From a virus (Duplodnaviria > Caudoviricetes): a stretch of 64,000 bases of DNA. The stretch is from the IMG/VR virus record IMGVR_UViG_3300042090_001530, positions 128,001-192,000 of that record; one strand, given 5' to 3'. Shown here in pieces: positions 21,685 through 31,505 of the stretch (the stretch's first letter is position 1; each line of letters opens with the position of its first letter). Below the pieces are notes generated by a model, which saw nothing but the letters and a program-made list of their open reading frames with translations, ran no database searches and had not been told where the DNA came from. Both the position numbers and the translations under genes were made by a program.

Positions 21685-21722
21685 GCGACCGCCCCGGTTT
21701 CGGCCGGGGCGGTCGCTTCTCT
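21685..21722 (+). terminator. Intrinsic terminator
   Basis: Perfect 13-bp stem GCGACCGCCCCGG/CCGGGGCGGTCGC, 6-nt loop, followed by TTCTCT, immediately after the stop codon. Confidence 0.8.
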
Positions 21723-21938
21723 GTAGGCGGGACGTCAGGGCCGTCTCTTGCAGTTCGACGGAACTGGCCGGTCAAGCGCTTAGCGGACCGGACACCCTTC
21801 CCTAAGCGGCGTCCCTAATTGGGAGTCCAGCGCGCCGCAGTGCCGTGGTGTCCTGCGACGCTGAGTACAGGATACGCGACGGGTCCGCGCGTGTCCGGGA
21901 GGCCTGACTAGTTGTCCGACGCTGGCCCACGGCCGCGT

Positions 21939-22208
21939 CTACGCCGCTGGCATGTCCCGCAAGGCGTCGCGCACCGCGTCCCAAGGGAATACCACGAGTC
22001 GTCCGTCGCTGCCGATGTCGGCGCCGTCGGGCAGTTGGGCGCGGAGTTCCTCGGCCCTGTCTTTGCCGATGTACGCGATGCTGCCGTCGGACAGGATGAA
22101 CACGTCCGGGCAGTTCATGCCCTGTGAGCTGCCGCGTTCCTGCGGTGTCGATCCGAGTCGGCCCACGATGGTGACTGGCGCGTGCCCGTCGCTGTCGGCA
22201 GATCCCAT
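21939..22208 (-). CDS. Small conserved protein of actinobacterial regulator/RiPP cassettes
   Basis: GSTPQERGSSQGMNCPDVFILSDG...IGKD; overlaps the end region of the methyltransferase operon. Confidence 0.55.
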   Translation of the reverse strand: MGSADSDGHAPVTIVGRLGSTPQERGSSQGMNCPDVFILSDGSIAYIGKDRAEELRAQLPDGADIGSDGRLVVFPWDAVRDALRDMPAA

Positions 22209-22279
22209 GCCTGCGCTCCCTTCTTCGACGGCGCGCGAAGCGGCGTGGCCAACCGTAGCAGCGCGCCCGAATTGGCGTC

Positions 22280-23425
22280 TCAGGCCTTGACGATCGCCCC
22301 CCAGTGCCCGCGGCTGAGCCGGATCGTGCCGTCGAGCCCGACGGTCGCGTTCGCACCGTACAGCGGCAGGCGCCCTTCGATCAGCCACCTCTTCTTGAGC
22401 CCGTCGAGGCTGCGCCACAGGTCGATCGGGCCACTCACGTGGACCGTAGGGAGTTGCCCGATGGAGCCTTCGGCGCGGGCCCATGAACCTTCCCGATCCC
22501 AGATCAGGCTGATCGCGTAGGTGCCGCGTCGCACCCACCGCGTTTGGATGCCCTGATGCTGGACGGCGAGGTTGGAGTACAACTCCCACGCGTCGTCGAG
22601 GTCGGTCAGCGGGAACACGCCCGCGCGCGCCGACTGGTCGCCGCTGGACTCGAGCATCAGGTCGAGTCGCCGCTTCGAGACTTCCGGCGGATAGGTGTCG
22701 GAGTGGCGTGCGGGCATGAACCCGGCCCAGTCGCGTTCGATACGCCCGAGCAGCGTCCCGTCGGGTTGTCGGTTGGCGGTGAGGATCGCCGTCGTGCCGT
22801 CGAGCACCGTGACGATCCGGCCGCCGGGCCGTAGGGCTTCGATCCACGCGGGCGGGATCGGGCTGACGGCGACGGTCGCGACGATCCGGTCGTACGTGCC
22901 GGGCACGATCCGGGTCGCGTCGCACACCTCGAGGGTGGGCGTCAGGCCGTTTGCCTCGAGGCGTTCACGCGCGGCCTTCACCAGGTACGGGTCTACGTCG
23001 ACCGAGGTGACATGCCTGTCGCCGAGGCGCGTGCACAGCAGGGCGGTGCCGTATCCGGAGCCGGTGCCGACGTCGAGGACGTCCATGCCGTCGACGAGTT
23101 GGCCGTGCCGGTACATCTGGATCAGCAGTCCGGGATGCGTGCTCGACGACGTGGGCCTACCGTCGTCCAGGGTCGTGCCGGGGGCCGCCGCGTCCGCGTG
23201 CATCGTGCCGACGCGGGTGACGAGCGAGACGTCCCGGTATGCGGCATCGACCCATCGGTCTGGGTTCTGCTTGCCGCCGTGGTTGACCCATCCGTCGCCG
23301 CGACGCGCCCACCAGGAGGGCACGTATTCGTGCCGGGGGACCGATGCTAGGGGTTGGCGCCAGCGGGAGACGCCGGGCGTGACGGCGGCGGCCATGTCGG
23401 CGGCGCGCGTTTTCCAGTCGGGCAC
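22280..23425 (-). CDS. Protein-L-isoaspartate O-methyltransferase (PIMT)-like, RiPP-associated, with C-terminal extension
   Basis: VPRHEYVP, TSSSTHPGL, VLDVGTGSGYGTALL, YDRIVATVAV, LRPGGRIV; 381 aa. Confidence 0.85.
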   Translation of the reverse strand: MPDWKTRAADMAAAVTPGVSRWRQPLASVPRHEYVPSWWARRGDGWVNHGGKQNPDRWVDAAYRDVSLVTRVGTMHADAAAPGTTLDDGRPTSSSTHPGLLIQMYRHGQLVDGMDVLDVGTGSGYGTALLCTRLGDRHVTSVDVDPYLVKAARERLEANGLTPTLEVCDATRIVPGTYDRIVATVAVSPIPPAWIEALRPGGRIVTVLDGTTAILTANRQPDGTLLGRIERDWAGFMPARHSDTYPPEVSKRRLDLMLESSGDQSARAGVFPLTDLDDAWELYSNLAVQHQGIQTRWVRRGTYAISLIWDREGSWARAEGSIGQLPTVHVSGPIDLWRSLDGLKKRWLIEGRLPLYGANATVGLDGTIRLSRGHWGAIVKA

Positions 23426-23428
23426 GGG

Positions 23429-24334
23429 TCAGTCCTTGGTTCTCTGTGTGAGCCGGATGGTCGGGAACGGCGGCGTGTAGTCGTAGGCCGGGGCGCATGC
23501 GGGGGTGCGGGCCGGGTCGCAGTCGTTCGAGTCGTCCGGTGTGCATGGGTCGCTGCTGCGGCGCGGGATGCTGCGCATGTGCCGGTTCCAGGTCGGGCCG
23601 GCGAGGATCCCGGCGAGTGTCGCACCGTCGAGGAGGTTGCCTGCACGCAGGCCGCGGCCGAGCACGCACGGGGCGACGGTGCCGTCCGGTAGGATCGCGA
23701 GCCGTCCGTCACCGCAGCGCCCGCACAGTTCGGTGACAGGCGCGTCAATGTCCGGGTTCGGGCTGGCCCGGCCGACACCGCGCGCCCGGTCTATCTTCAC
23801 CAGATCTTCGGGGACGCCGAGCCCGATCAACTCCGCTTTGGCTTCGTCGGCGCGTTGGCCCGGAAGCACTCGGACGATGCCGACCTGCAGCGGGATGCCC
23901 AGGTTTAGGGCCGTGACGATGTTCGCGCGCGTCCGGGCGTGGCTGCCGGGCTTCGTCGTGACCGCATCATGCTCGGCCGCGACGTCGGAGTAGTACGACG
24001 TGCCGAGGGTCACGCGCGGATTGGAGAACGCGTCCCAATGCTGCGCGGTGACGCTGTAGAGGTTCGAGTAGACCTGCACTTTGAGGCCTTCGAAGCCGAG
24101 GACGTAGTCGAGCAGTTCGAGCCAGTGCGGTGACGCGGTCGGCTCGCCGCCGATGAGTTGGATGGTTTCGGCGCCGCAGTCGCGGGCTTGGCGCACTGCA
24201 GCCTTCCAGTCTTCGAGGGTCATCGCGCCGTGGTGTGCGCCCGGATGCGAGCGCGTCAGACAGTGGGTGCACTTGAGTTGGCAGGCATGGGTGAGTTCGA
24301 GTTCGACGAGGCGCGGGACTGCGTCGGCGCCCAT
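23429..24334 (-). CDS. Radical SAM protein with twitch/SPASM domain and Cys/Pro/Asp-rich C-terminal tail
   Basis: CQLKCTHC (CxxxCxxC), GGEPT, CGRCGDG...APCVL; tail CTPDDSNDCDPARTPACAPAYD. Confidence 0.9.
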   Translation of the reverse strand: MGADAVPRLVELELTHACQLKCTHCLTRSHPGAHHGAMTLEDWKAAVRQARDCGAETIQLIGGEPTASPHWLELLDYVLGFEGLKVQVYSNLYSVTAQHWDAFSNPRVTLGTSYYSDVAAEHDAVTTKPGSHARTRANIVTALNLGIPLQVGIVRVLPGQRADEAKAELIGLGVPEDLVKIDRARGVGRASPNPDIDAPVTELCGRCGDGRLAILPDGTVAPCVLGRGLRAGNLLDGATLAGILAGPTWNRHMRSIPRRSSDPCTPDDSNDCDPARTPACAPAYDYTPPFPTIRLTQRTKD

Positions 24335-24362
24335 GGCGCTCCTTGTGGTCGGTGGGTGGGGG

Positions 24363-24836
24363 TTAAGCCGAGACGCGTTGCAGTACTACGGTAGGCGGGT
24401 CCTCGGCGTGGGCGCCCGCGCTCATGGTCGCCCCGATCGCGAGTGACGCCCACACCAGCTTGCCGAGCCTGGCGGGTTCCGTGCCCCATTCTGCGGCGAG
24501 CGCGTCCACGATCTGCAGGCCGCGCCCGGTTTCTGCGTCGTCGTCGGCGTCGCGTTCCAGCGGCATGGCATCTTTCGCGTCCTGGACTTCGACGAACAGC
24601 AGTCCGTCGTCGGCTTCGCGGTCGGTGTAGATGGTGAGGAACGCAGGCTCCGCACCATGCATCACGGCGTTGGTGACGAGCTCGGATGTGATCAGGTCTG
24701 CTGCGTCCGCGAGATGCCCGAGACCCCACTTGGCCAGGGCGGCGTCGAGGATGCGGCGGGCCTGGTGCGGCGCAGAGCGGGTGAGGGCGAACTGCGTGGA
24801 GACGCGTTCGTGGGTGCGGGGCAGGCGGGTGTTCAC
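24363..24836 (-). CDS. HATPase_c ATP-binding protein (RsbW/anti-sigma-like)
   Basis: SELVTNAVMHG, VEVQD, ETGRGLQIVDALAAEWG, GKLVWA. Confidence 0.9.
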   Translation of the reverse strand: MNTRLPRTHERVSTQFALTRSAPHQARRILDAALAKWGLGHLADAADLITSELVTNAVMHGAEPAFLTIYTDREADDGLLFVEVQDAKDAMPLERDADDDAETGRGLQIVDALAAEWGTEPARLGKLVWASLAIGATMSAGAHAEDPPTVVLQRVSA

Positions 24837-25176
24837 CGGGGCGCCCCGGCGCGTGGCTGCGGCCGGCTGGCGGCGGACTGGGGCGCCTTGGGCGCCTCGG
24901 TTCGATGGGGCGCCGTCGTCGCTCGCATACCGTGCCGCTCCTCGCTGCCGAAGGAAAAGGTGCGCTGTGCAATGTGCATACGATTGCGCGCCGGTCGCCC
25001 GATGGCTAGATGCGCGGACCCGGGTGTAGTGCATCCGGGTCCGGAGCCCGGCGGCCGCTGCGTGTGGACCACGGGCACTCCCCAGATTGATACGGCTGCA
25101 CTAAGACAGGTGTATCACCGCCGTAGTACGCTGCCAAGACATACCGCACAGGAACCTGAAAGAAGGACGTCAACCC

Positions 25177-25908
25177 GTGACGCCGAAACAGCGCACCGAA
25201 CCCACCCACCGACGCGACGAAATCGCCGAAGCACTCCGCGGACGCATCGGCATCGGCGAATTCGCCCCCGGGGCCGAAGTGCCGTCCGGACGGGAACTCG
25301 CCGCCCAATACGACTGCGCGCCCATGACCGCCAACGCCGCCCTGCACATACTCGCCGAGGACGGCGTCATCACCATCCGGCCCGGCCGAGGGTCGATCGT
25401 CGCCCGGGCCGTCCCGTCGATCGCCGGGCCCGCCGAGAGGATGAACCGCTCGCGTTCCGGCACCCTGTTCCGCGAGGGCGACGTCCAGGAGATCCTGCGC
25501 TGCCACCTGACGCGGGGACATCCGGACGCGCGGGCCGCGTTGCGCGTGTTCGACGACGAGGAACTGGGCGCCCGCGACTACCTGGTGCGCAACGCGGCCG
25601 GCGCGGTCGTGACGCGTGCGACGTCGTATGTGCATCCGGACGTGTGGACGGCGGTCGCCGAGATCCGGGGGCCGGCGCCGATCCGGGACGGCATCATCGG
25701 CGCGATCCGGCGTGTCCTGGGGCGCGAGGCGGTCGACACCCCGACGCGGCGCAAGGCCGCCCATGCGACGGATGAGGAGGCCGCCGTGTTCGGCGTGCCG
25801 GAGGGCTCCCCGGTGCTCGTCGAGGTCACCGAATGCCAGCTGCGGGACGGCACGGTCGTGGAGTGGAACGTGTCGGTGCACCCGGAAGGGTACTGGGTCG
25901 GGCGGTAA
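25177..25908 (+). CDS. GntR-family regulator with UTRA domain
   Basis: IAEALRGRIGIGEFAPGAEVPSGRELAAQY...GRGSIV; C-terminal UTRA-like domain; divergent from the HATPase gene. Confidence 0.9.
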   Translation: MTPKQRTEPTHRRDEIAEALRGRIGIGEFAPGAEVPSGRELAAQYDCAPMTANAALHILAEDGVITIRPGRGSIVARAVPSIAGPAERMNRSRSGTLFREGDVQEILRCHLTRGHPDARAALRVFDDEELGARDYLVRNAAGAVVTRATSYVHPDVWTAVAEIRGPAPIRDGIIGAIRRVLGREAVDTPTRRKAAHATDEEAAVFGVPEGSPVLVEVTECQLRDGTVVEWNVSVHPEGYWVGR

Positions 25909-28900
25909 GTGTCTTCAGTCGCCGCCGTCTCCAGCCTCGAGCGTGAGCCGAACTCCAGTGCCGCCGGGATCGACTACGGCGGCGCGCAGGATCCGGGTGA
26001 CCGTGGTGGGCGGCGGTCCCTTGAGCGTGATGAGGATCGACTCGCCGATCTGGTCCGCGAAGGCGTCAGGTGCGAACCGGGAGTCGAGCGGGGACGGCTG
26101 CCAGAGTTCGATCATTTCGGGGACGTGCCCCATCGTGCCCGTGTTACTTCCGCAGCCGCGTGGCGCCCCGGCCGGGCTCGGGTACAGGTCGACGTCCTCG
26201 CCGAACACGAGCGTCGTCTCGCCGGGAGTCGGGCAGCCCGGTTCGCAGAAATGCCGCCCGACGTGCCCGCGCTGCTTGCGGCAGCCGTGCGTGCCCCAGT
26301 ACACGCGGCACGGGCCTTTCGCCGCGAGCTTCCGGGCCTTACCGCGCATCAGCCGACCTCGGTCCCGGTCGCGTCATCAAGCATCCGGCCGACGTAGTCG
26401 AGGTCGAGCCAGCACACCCAACCGCCTTCGTCCTGTCGAGTCGAGTCGGGGGCCCGGCACAGTCGGCCCACGTGCGCCCGGATTTCCGCGTCCAGGTCAG
26501 CCATCGGCGCCCGCCGTCTCCGTCTCGATCGCGGGCTTCTCGCCGACGTAGTCCTCGCGACAGCCCTCGCAGTACCGAATATGCACCGTGTCCCAGGCGG
26601 AGACGGGTTCGCCGGCCTCCTGGTGCTCACGGGCGCCGCACTCCGAGCACACGTCGAACCCGCCGCAGCAGCATCCGGGGCACGACCCGGACGTCGTGTG
26701 CCAGCCGGACCAGGGCTCGCCGGAACCGTCGTCGAACCGGGCCCAGCGGAAGCGGGCGTCAGCCATCGCTCAGCACCTCCCAGCCGACTTGCCGCAGGAG
26801 TCTCGCCGCGTCGCCTTCACTGGGCCCCCACCGCACCCAGTTCGGGCGTGCAGAAGCCGCGATGGGCGCGTTTCCGGGGGTATCGATGACGAGTTCGGCT
26901 ACCTCGATGAGGACTCGCCCGTCCGGGGTCCACCAACGTCGGACTATCGGCGCGAGAGGGCTTGGGTTGGTGTCGGAGTCCCAGAGTTGCATGTCGTCGC
27001 TGGTGCCTGGCAAGAACTCTGTGGCCATGTACTTCTGCCAGGTGACGTCACTCCTGTCCGGGCCGGAGCGGTCGAGGACGCGCAGCCGCAGAATGATCTC
27101 AGGCATCGCGGCCTCCGACGTAGGCGCAGGCCTGGATCTCTTCGAGACGCATATCGGGCATCGGGTCAGCCACGGTCGGCCGCCCTCGGGTGGTCCGGGT
27201 GCAGCCGGGGCCAGTACTGCGACACGGGGATGCCGTGCCCGCGCAGGTGCGCCTGGACCAGCGTCATCATCTCGGCGACCGTGCCGTCCATGTGCAGGCC
27301 GCCGCACGAGCAGTCGACAAGGAACAGGACCGGTTCGCTCGATGTCAGGCCTCGGAAGTCGAGGTGCGGGGTGGCGGTCAGCGTGTGGTTGCGGCACTCG
27401 ACGCGGACCGCGTCGTCGTCAGCGAGAAGGTCAGTCATCGTCACCCTCCATCGGCTCGTCCGCCTCCATCAGCAACGTCCACAACCAATCCACGCGCAGC
27501 GGCAACTCCTGCGCTCCGCGGTGCGTCACGCCAATGACCGGCGAGCCGTAGCCTTGCGCGTGGTCGTCGATCCACTCCAGGATGCGCTTCGCCGCTTCGA
27601 GTCGCTTCCCGCTCACGGCGGGCCGGGCCAGCCGTAGCGCGCACAATTCGTCGTTGGACTCCCGGAAGCGGGCGCGGATCTCCCGTTCGGCCGCCGTGGC
27701 GCGCTCCAGCCTCTTCAGGAGCGTCGCCGTGTCGTCGTCAGCCTCCGGGCTGCCCGCGGCGCCCCTGTCGTAGCTGTCGCCCTCGGCCGCGAACGCCTCC
27801 TCGGCGAGCGCGCAAGCTGCGCCGTCGCGGTACTGGTCGTAGGCGTTCAGGATGTCAGCGAGGCACGATCGGACGGCCCCGGTCGGCGAGTGCATCTTGC
27901 TGGCCTGCTCGTCGAGGATCGCGGTTAGCTCGGGCGGGATGGTTTCGGCGGTCCAGCGCGCCATCATCTCAGGCATTCCCGTCTCCCATTCCGGGTCGTG
28001 CAACATGGATTCGGATCGTGCCCTTCGCCACCGACGGGTCAGATGTCACCGGGATCCCTGCCAAGTCGGCGAGCGGCACGCGCGGCCCGGTCGGCTGGTT
28101 CGGCGAATCGGCGTACTCCAATCGCATCCACGTGCCCGCCTCAGTAATTGCCCTATAGCCAGCGAAGTCGCCGAGTTGGACGGTGCACCGCTCGCCGCAG
28201 CCACGCTGCCGATGTGGGACGCCTACGCCGAAGTGCCACAGGCCCGGCATGGGCTCGGCGAACGCCTGAACCCAGGCGGACAGCGCGTCCTCGAGGGCGT
28301 TGCCGCGTTCCCGTTCCGCCGCGGCCTGACCCTTCCACGCCTCGGCATCATCGGACCACTCGTCGTCATGCATCTCGGGCCGCCTCCCGTTCGCGCCGGA
28401 TGGCGGAGAGCGCGGCCTCTTCCTCGACGGTGGGCGCCGGGAGCCCCCAAGCGCCGAGCAACTGGTTGCGGACTTTCCGCACACCGTCAGGGCCGGTGTG
28501 CGGCTGGCACAGGCCCCAGAGCGGGCCGCGCCGAAAGTCTTCAACGGCCTCGGTTTCGAACCCGCATTCACGGCAGGCGCCGTAGATCTTGCCGCCGTGC
28601 TTGTCGGTGCGGATCCCGGCGTAGCAGGTCGGCGTCGCGCCCGTGCCCTTGCGTAGGACGAGGATCGGCCTGTTGTACAACTCGCGCCGCCGGTCTTGCC
28701 CGGCCGCATGCTTGTGGGCGAAGCGCACAAGTTGGGCGCGCCGAGCCATCGGGGTGTCGTACTCGGTCGCCCATCCGCAGGCGCAGGTGGCTTGCAGCAT
28801 GTCGGCCGGTAGGTAGAACAGGTCGGTGACCTTGATGCTGCAGTCCTTGAGCGGGTCTCCGATCGTCATGACCGTGATCGGGGTCGCCCGGTCGGCGTCG

Positions 28901-30306
28901 GTATCCGGGACGGCGTCCCACGGGATGAGGCCCTGCTCGGCGAGCGCGGTCGGCACGTGCTCGGCCAGCGCTTCCTGCTCCGGCTGGAATCCGGCGCTCA
29001 CCCCGACGCGGATCCAGATACGGGTGCCGCGATAGTCGCAGTACACGGTGGTCAGCGAGTAGTAGGCGGTCTCGCGGGGTATCGGGCGCGCCAGGTCCGC
29101 CGCCTCAAAGGTGAGGCACAGTGGACGCGGGACGTCGACCATGTAGCTGATGAAGTCGCTCGGGATCGGGCGCAGCAGGCCGGCGACCGGGCCGTCGATG
29201 AACACGGCCTTCTCGGCGGTGATCTCCCTAGGCTTGGCGACCTTGTACCGCGGGTAGTCGCCGCTTGCTATCTGAGCGCCGATCGCGCGGGCGGTCGTGC
29301 ACTGTAGCGGTGCGTTGATCTGCGCTGCGTAGCTTCGCGGTTCGGCTGGGCCATGGCAGCGGCACTGGCATCTGCCGAGCCATTCGCAGATTCCGTAACA
29401 GTTCTCGTGCCCGCAGGGTCCGTACACTTCTCCGTCGAGGCAGCGCTCCATTTCGGGCCGGTCGGCCGAGTCTTCGGCGTTGCCCGCGGCGCACAGGGCG
29501 TCGTCGTGCACGGGATCAACCACGGTCGCCCTCGCAGTTCTCGACGACGGGGAGGCCGCCGCCGTCGCACATGAGCGCGTCCCACGCGCCGAGCCGCGCG
29601 CCAATCACCACGTCCTCGTAGCTGGCGGTCTTGGAGTGCCCGATGAGCGCGCCGTCGAGCACGAGCACGTTGGTCATGCCGCACCAGGGGCAGCTCGCCC
29701 ACGCGAGTACCGGCTCAGTCACCATCGGTCGCCTCGCAGCCAAGCACGTCCGCGACGTGCCGTCGTAGCGCGGCCCGGTCAGCGTGCCGCAGCGCCCTGG
29801 TCGCGCGAGCGGTGTCTGCGCAGACCGGACCCGGTCGAGCGCGGCAGTACGGGCATCGCGGGCCGCAGTAAGCGCCAGCCATGCGGTCACGTGGCGAGGG
29901 AGGGGGGACGGTGCGCATGCGACCAGTATGCAGCGGTCGGGCATCCGATGATCTGACCTTTGTGTCGATCGCTCAGCTGCCGCAATCCGGCTCGTCCTCG
30001 GCAAGTTCAGCAGGGGCCTCGTCGCGCGACTGAGGATGGTGGAACAGCCGTTCGCCAGCCGCCGCGAGCGCGTTCGAGATGTCCAGCGCGCTGGCCTTCG
30101 GATTGGCCACGAACGCATTCTTCGCGAACACCGCCGCACGCAGCAGGACGGCACCGGCATGCTCGTCGGGGACGCCGTCGAGGTCCCGGTGGAAGTCGCC
30201 GGCGATCTGCTTGGCCAACCGGCGGCCTTCGGGGAGTTGCGCACCGGCACGCTTGCGGACCTCGGCAGCGAGTTGATCGATCTCGGGATTCATCGTCACC
30301 TCGCCA

Positions 30307-30759
30307 TCATCCCGCAAGGACTGGATCCCAGCCGGGTACGACGGTCAGCGGGATGCCTTCGCGCACCCACAGGGCGCAGGGCTCGGGCCGGTCGTCGTAC
30401 GCGTGCACGGGCCTGTATCGGAGCCGGATCTTCGCAAGGATCTCAGCCTTGATGACCTCGTCGGGCCGGCAGTCGTTATTCGGCCGCATGTACATGGCGT
30501 CGCTCGGAACCGAGTGCAATGCCAAGGTCCACGCGCTCACGTGCCGGTAGCGGATCTGCCGGGCGGTCGTGATCAGGATGGCGCGGCCGAGCTTGGCGTG
30601 CTCGCGCAACTCGTCCACGACCCACTGGTTGACGGGGCAGTTGACGCTGGCCATGTGGAAGGCGTGGAAACGGCCGGGACCGTTGATCAGATGCCGGATG
30701 CCGCGAACGTCGACGATCGTGCCATCAAGATCCGCGATGACGGCCTCGGGCAGGATCAC
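30307..30759 (-). CDS. HAD-family phosphatase resembling the polynucleotide kinase-phosphatase 3'-phosphatase domain
   Basis: DLDGT, ITTAR, LYMR-like MYMRPNND, K, YDDR. Confidence 0.8.
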   Translation of the reverse strand: MILPEAVIADLDGTIVDVRGIRHLINGPGRFHAFHMASVNCPVNQWVVDELREHAKLGRAILITTARQIRYRHVSAWTLALHSVPSDAMYMRPNNDCRPDEVIKAEILAKIRLRYRPVHAYDDRPEPCALWVREGIPLTVVPGWDPVLAG

Positions 30760-31505
30760 GGCACCTCCTTCGGCGTGACGCGGTAGTACTCGGCGCGCAC
30801 CCGGTTGAGCCAGGACTGCACGATCGCGGTGCGCGGCTCGTCAGGGAGCACGGTCTTGGCGGCGTTGAACCGATCTTCGGCGGCGGCCATGAACGGCACG
30901 GCGGCCTGCGGGTTGGCGGCGACAGCCTCGCCGAAGTCGAGGTACTTCTGCGGGTTCTCGAGCCGGATGCGCAGGTTGCCGGTGGTGTACAGCTCGAATC
31001 CTTGATCAACCAGGCGCATCAAGTGCCTGGCGTGCTTGGAGGCTCGCCGTGCCGGGATGTCTGAGTCGAACGACCCGTCACCGCGCGTCAGCAGCTTCTT
31101 GAACTGCTGCGTCGCATAGCCGAGGTACGCGTCCCTCGTCCGCTTGGCGCAGTGGAACGCACTCCGGAGCCCGATCAGTTCCGCACCGAGCGGCGCCCTG
31201 ACCTCATACTCAGTCAACCAGAGCACCTCTGTCGACGTTGGATTACCGGCCAGTAGTAGCCGTACGGCTTTCGAGGCCTCGTGCAGCGTCGAGTCGGGTT
31301 TCGTCGTCACGATCGAGTCGCGCGGCGGGTCGAGCCTGAACAGCCGCACCGTGTCGTACGCGAAGATCCCGAGACGGTCCACGTCCGAGTCCGGGCCGGC
31401 AAGCCCGTAAGCCGTCGATCCGACCACGCCCTCAAGGAGAATGTGCATGCCGCCAGTCTCTGATGTCGGCGCGGCCGGGGCGACCTGATTCGCAACGGCC
31501 GTCAC
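30756..31505 (-). CDS. Pol-beta superfamily nucleotidyltransferase (YcgL/RlaP-like)
   Basis: GSTAYGLAGPDSDVDRLG, GNPTSTEVLW, AYLGYATQQ, KHARHLMRL; GTGA-coupled to neighbours. Confidence 0.85.
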   Translation of the reverse strand: MTAVANQVAPAAPTSETGGMHILLEGVVGSTAYGLAGPDSDVDRLGIFAYDTVRLFRLDPPRDSIVTTKPDSTLHEASKAVRLLLAGNPTSTEVLWLTEYEVRAPLGAELIGLRSAFHCAKRTRDAYLGYATQQFKKLLTRGDGSFDSDIPARRASKHARHLMRLVDQGFELYTTGNLRIRLENPQKYLDFGEAVAANPQAAVPFMAAAEDRFNAAKTVLPDEPRTAIVQSWLNRVRAEYYRVTPKEVP

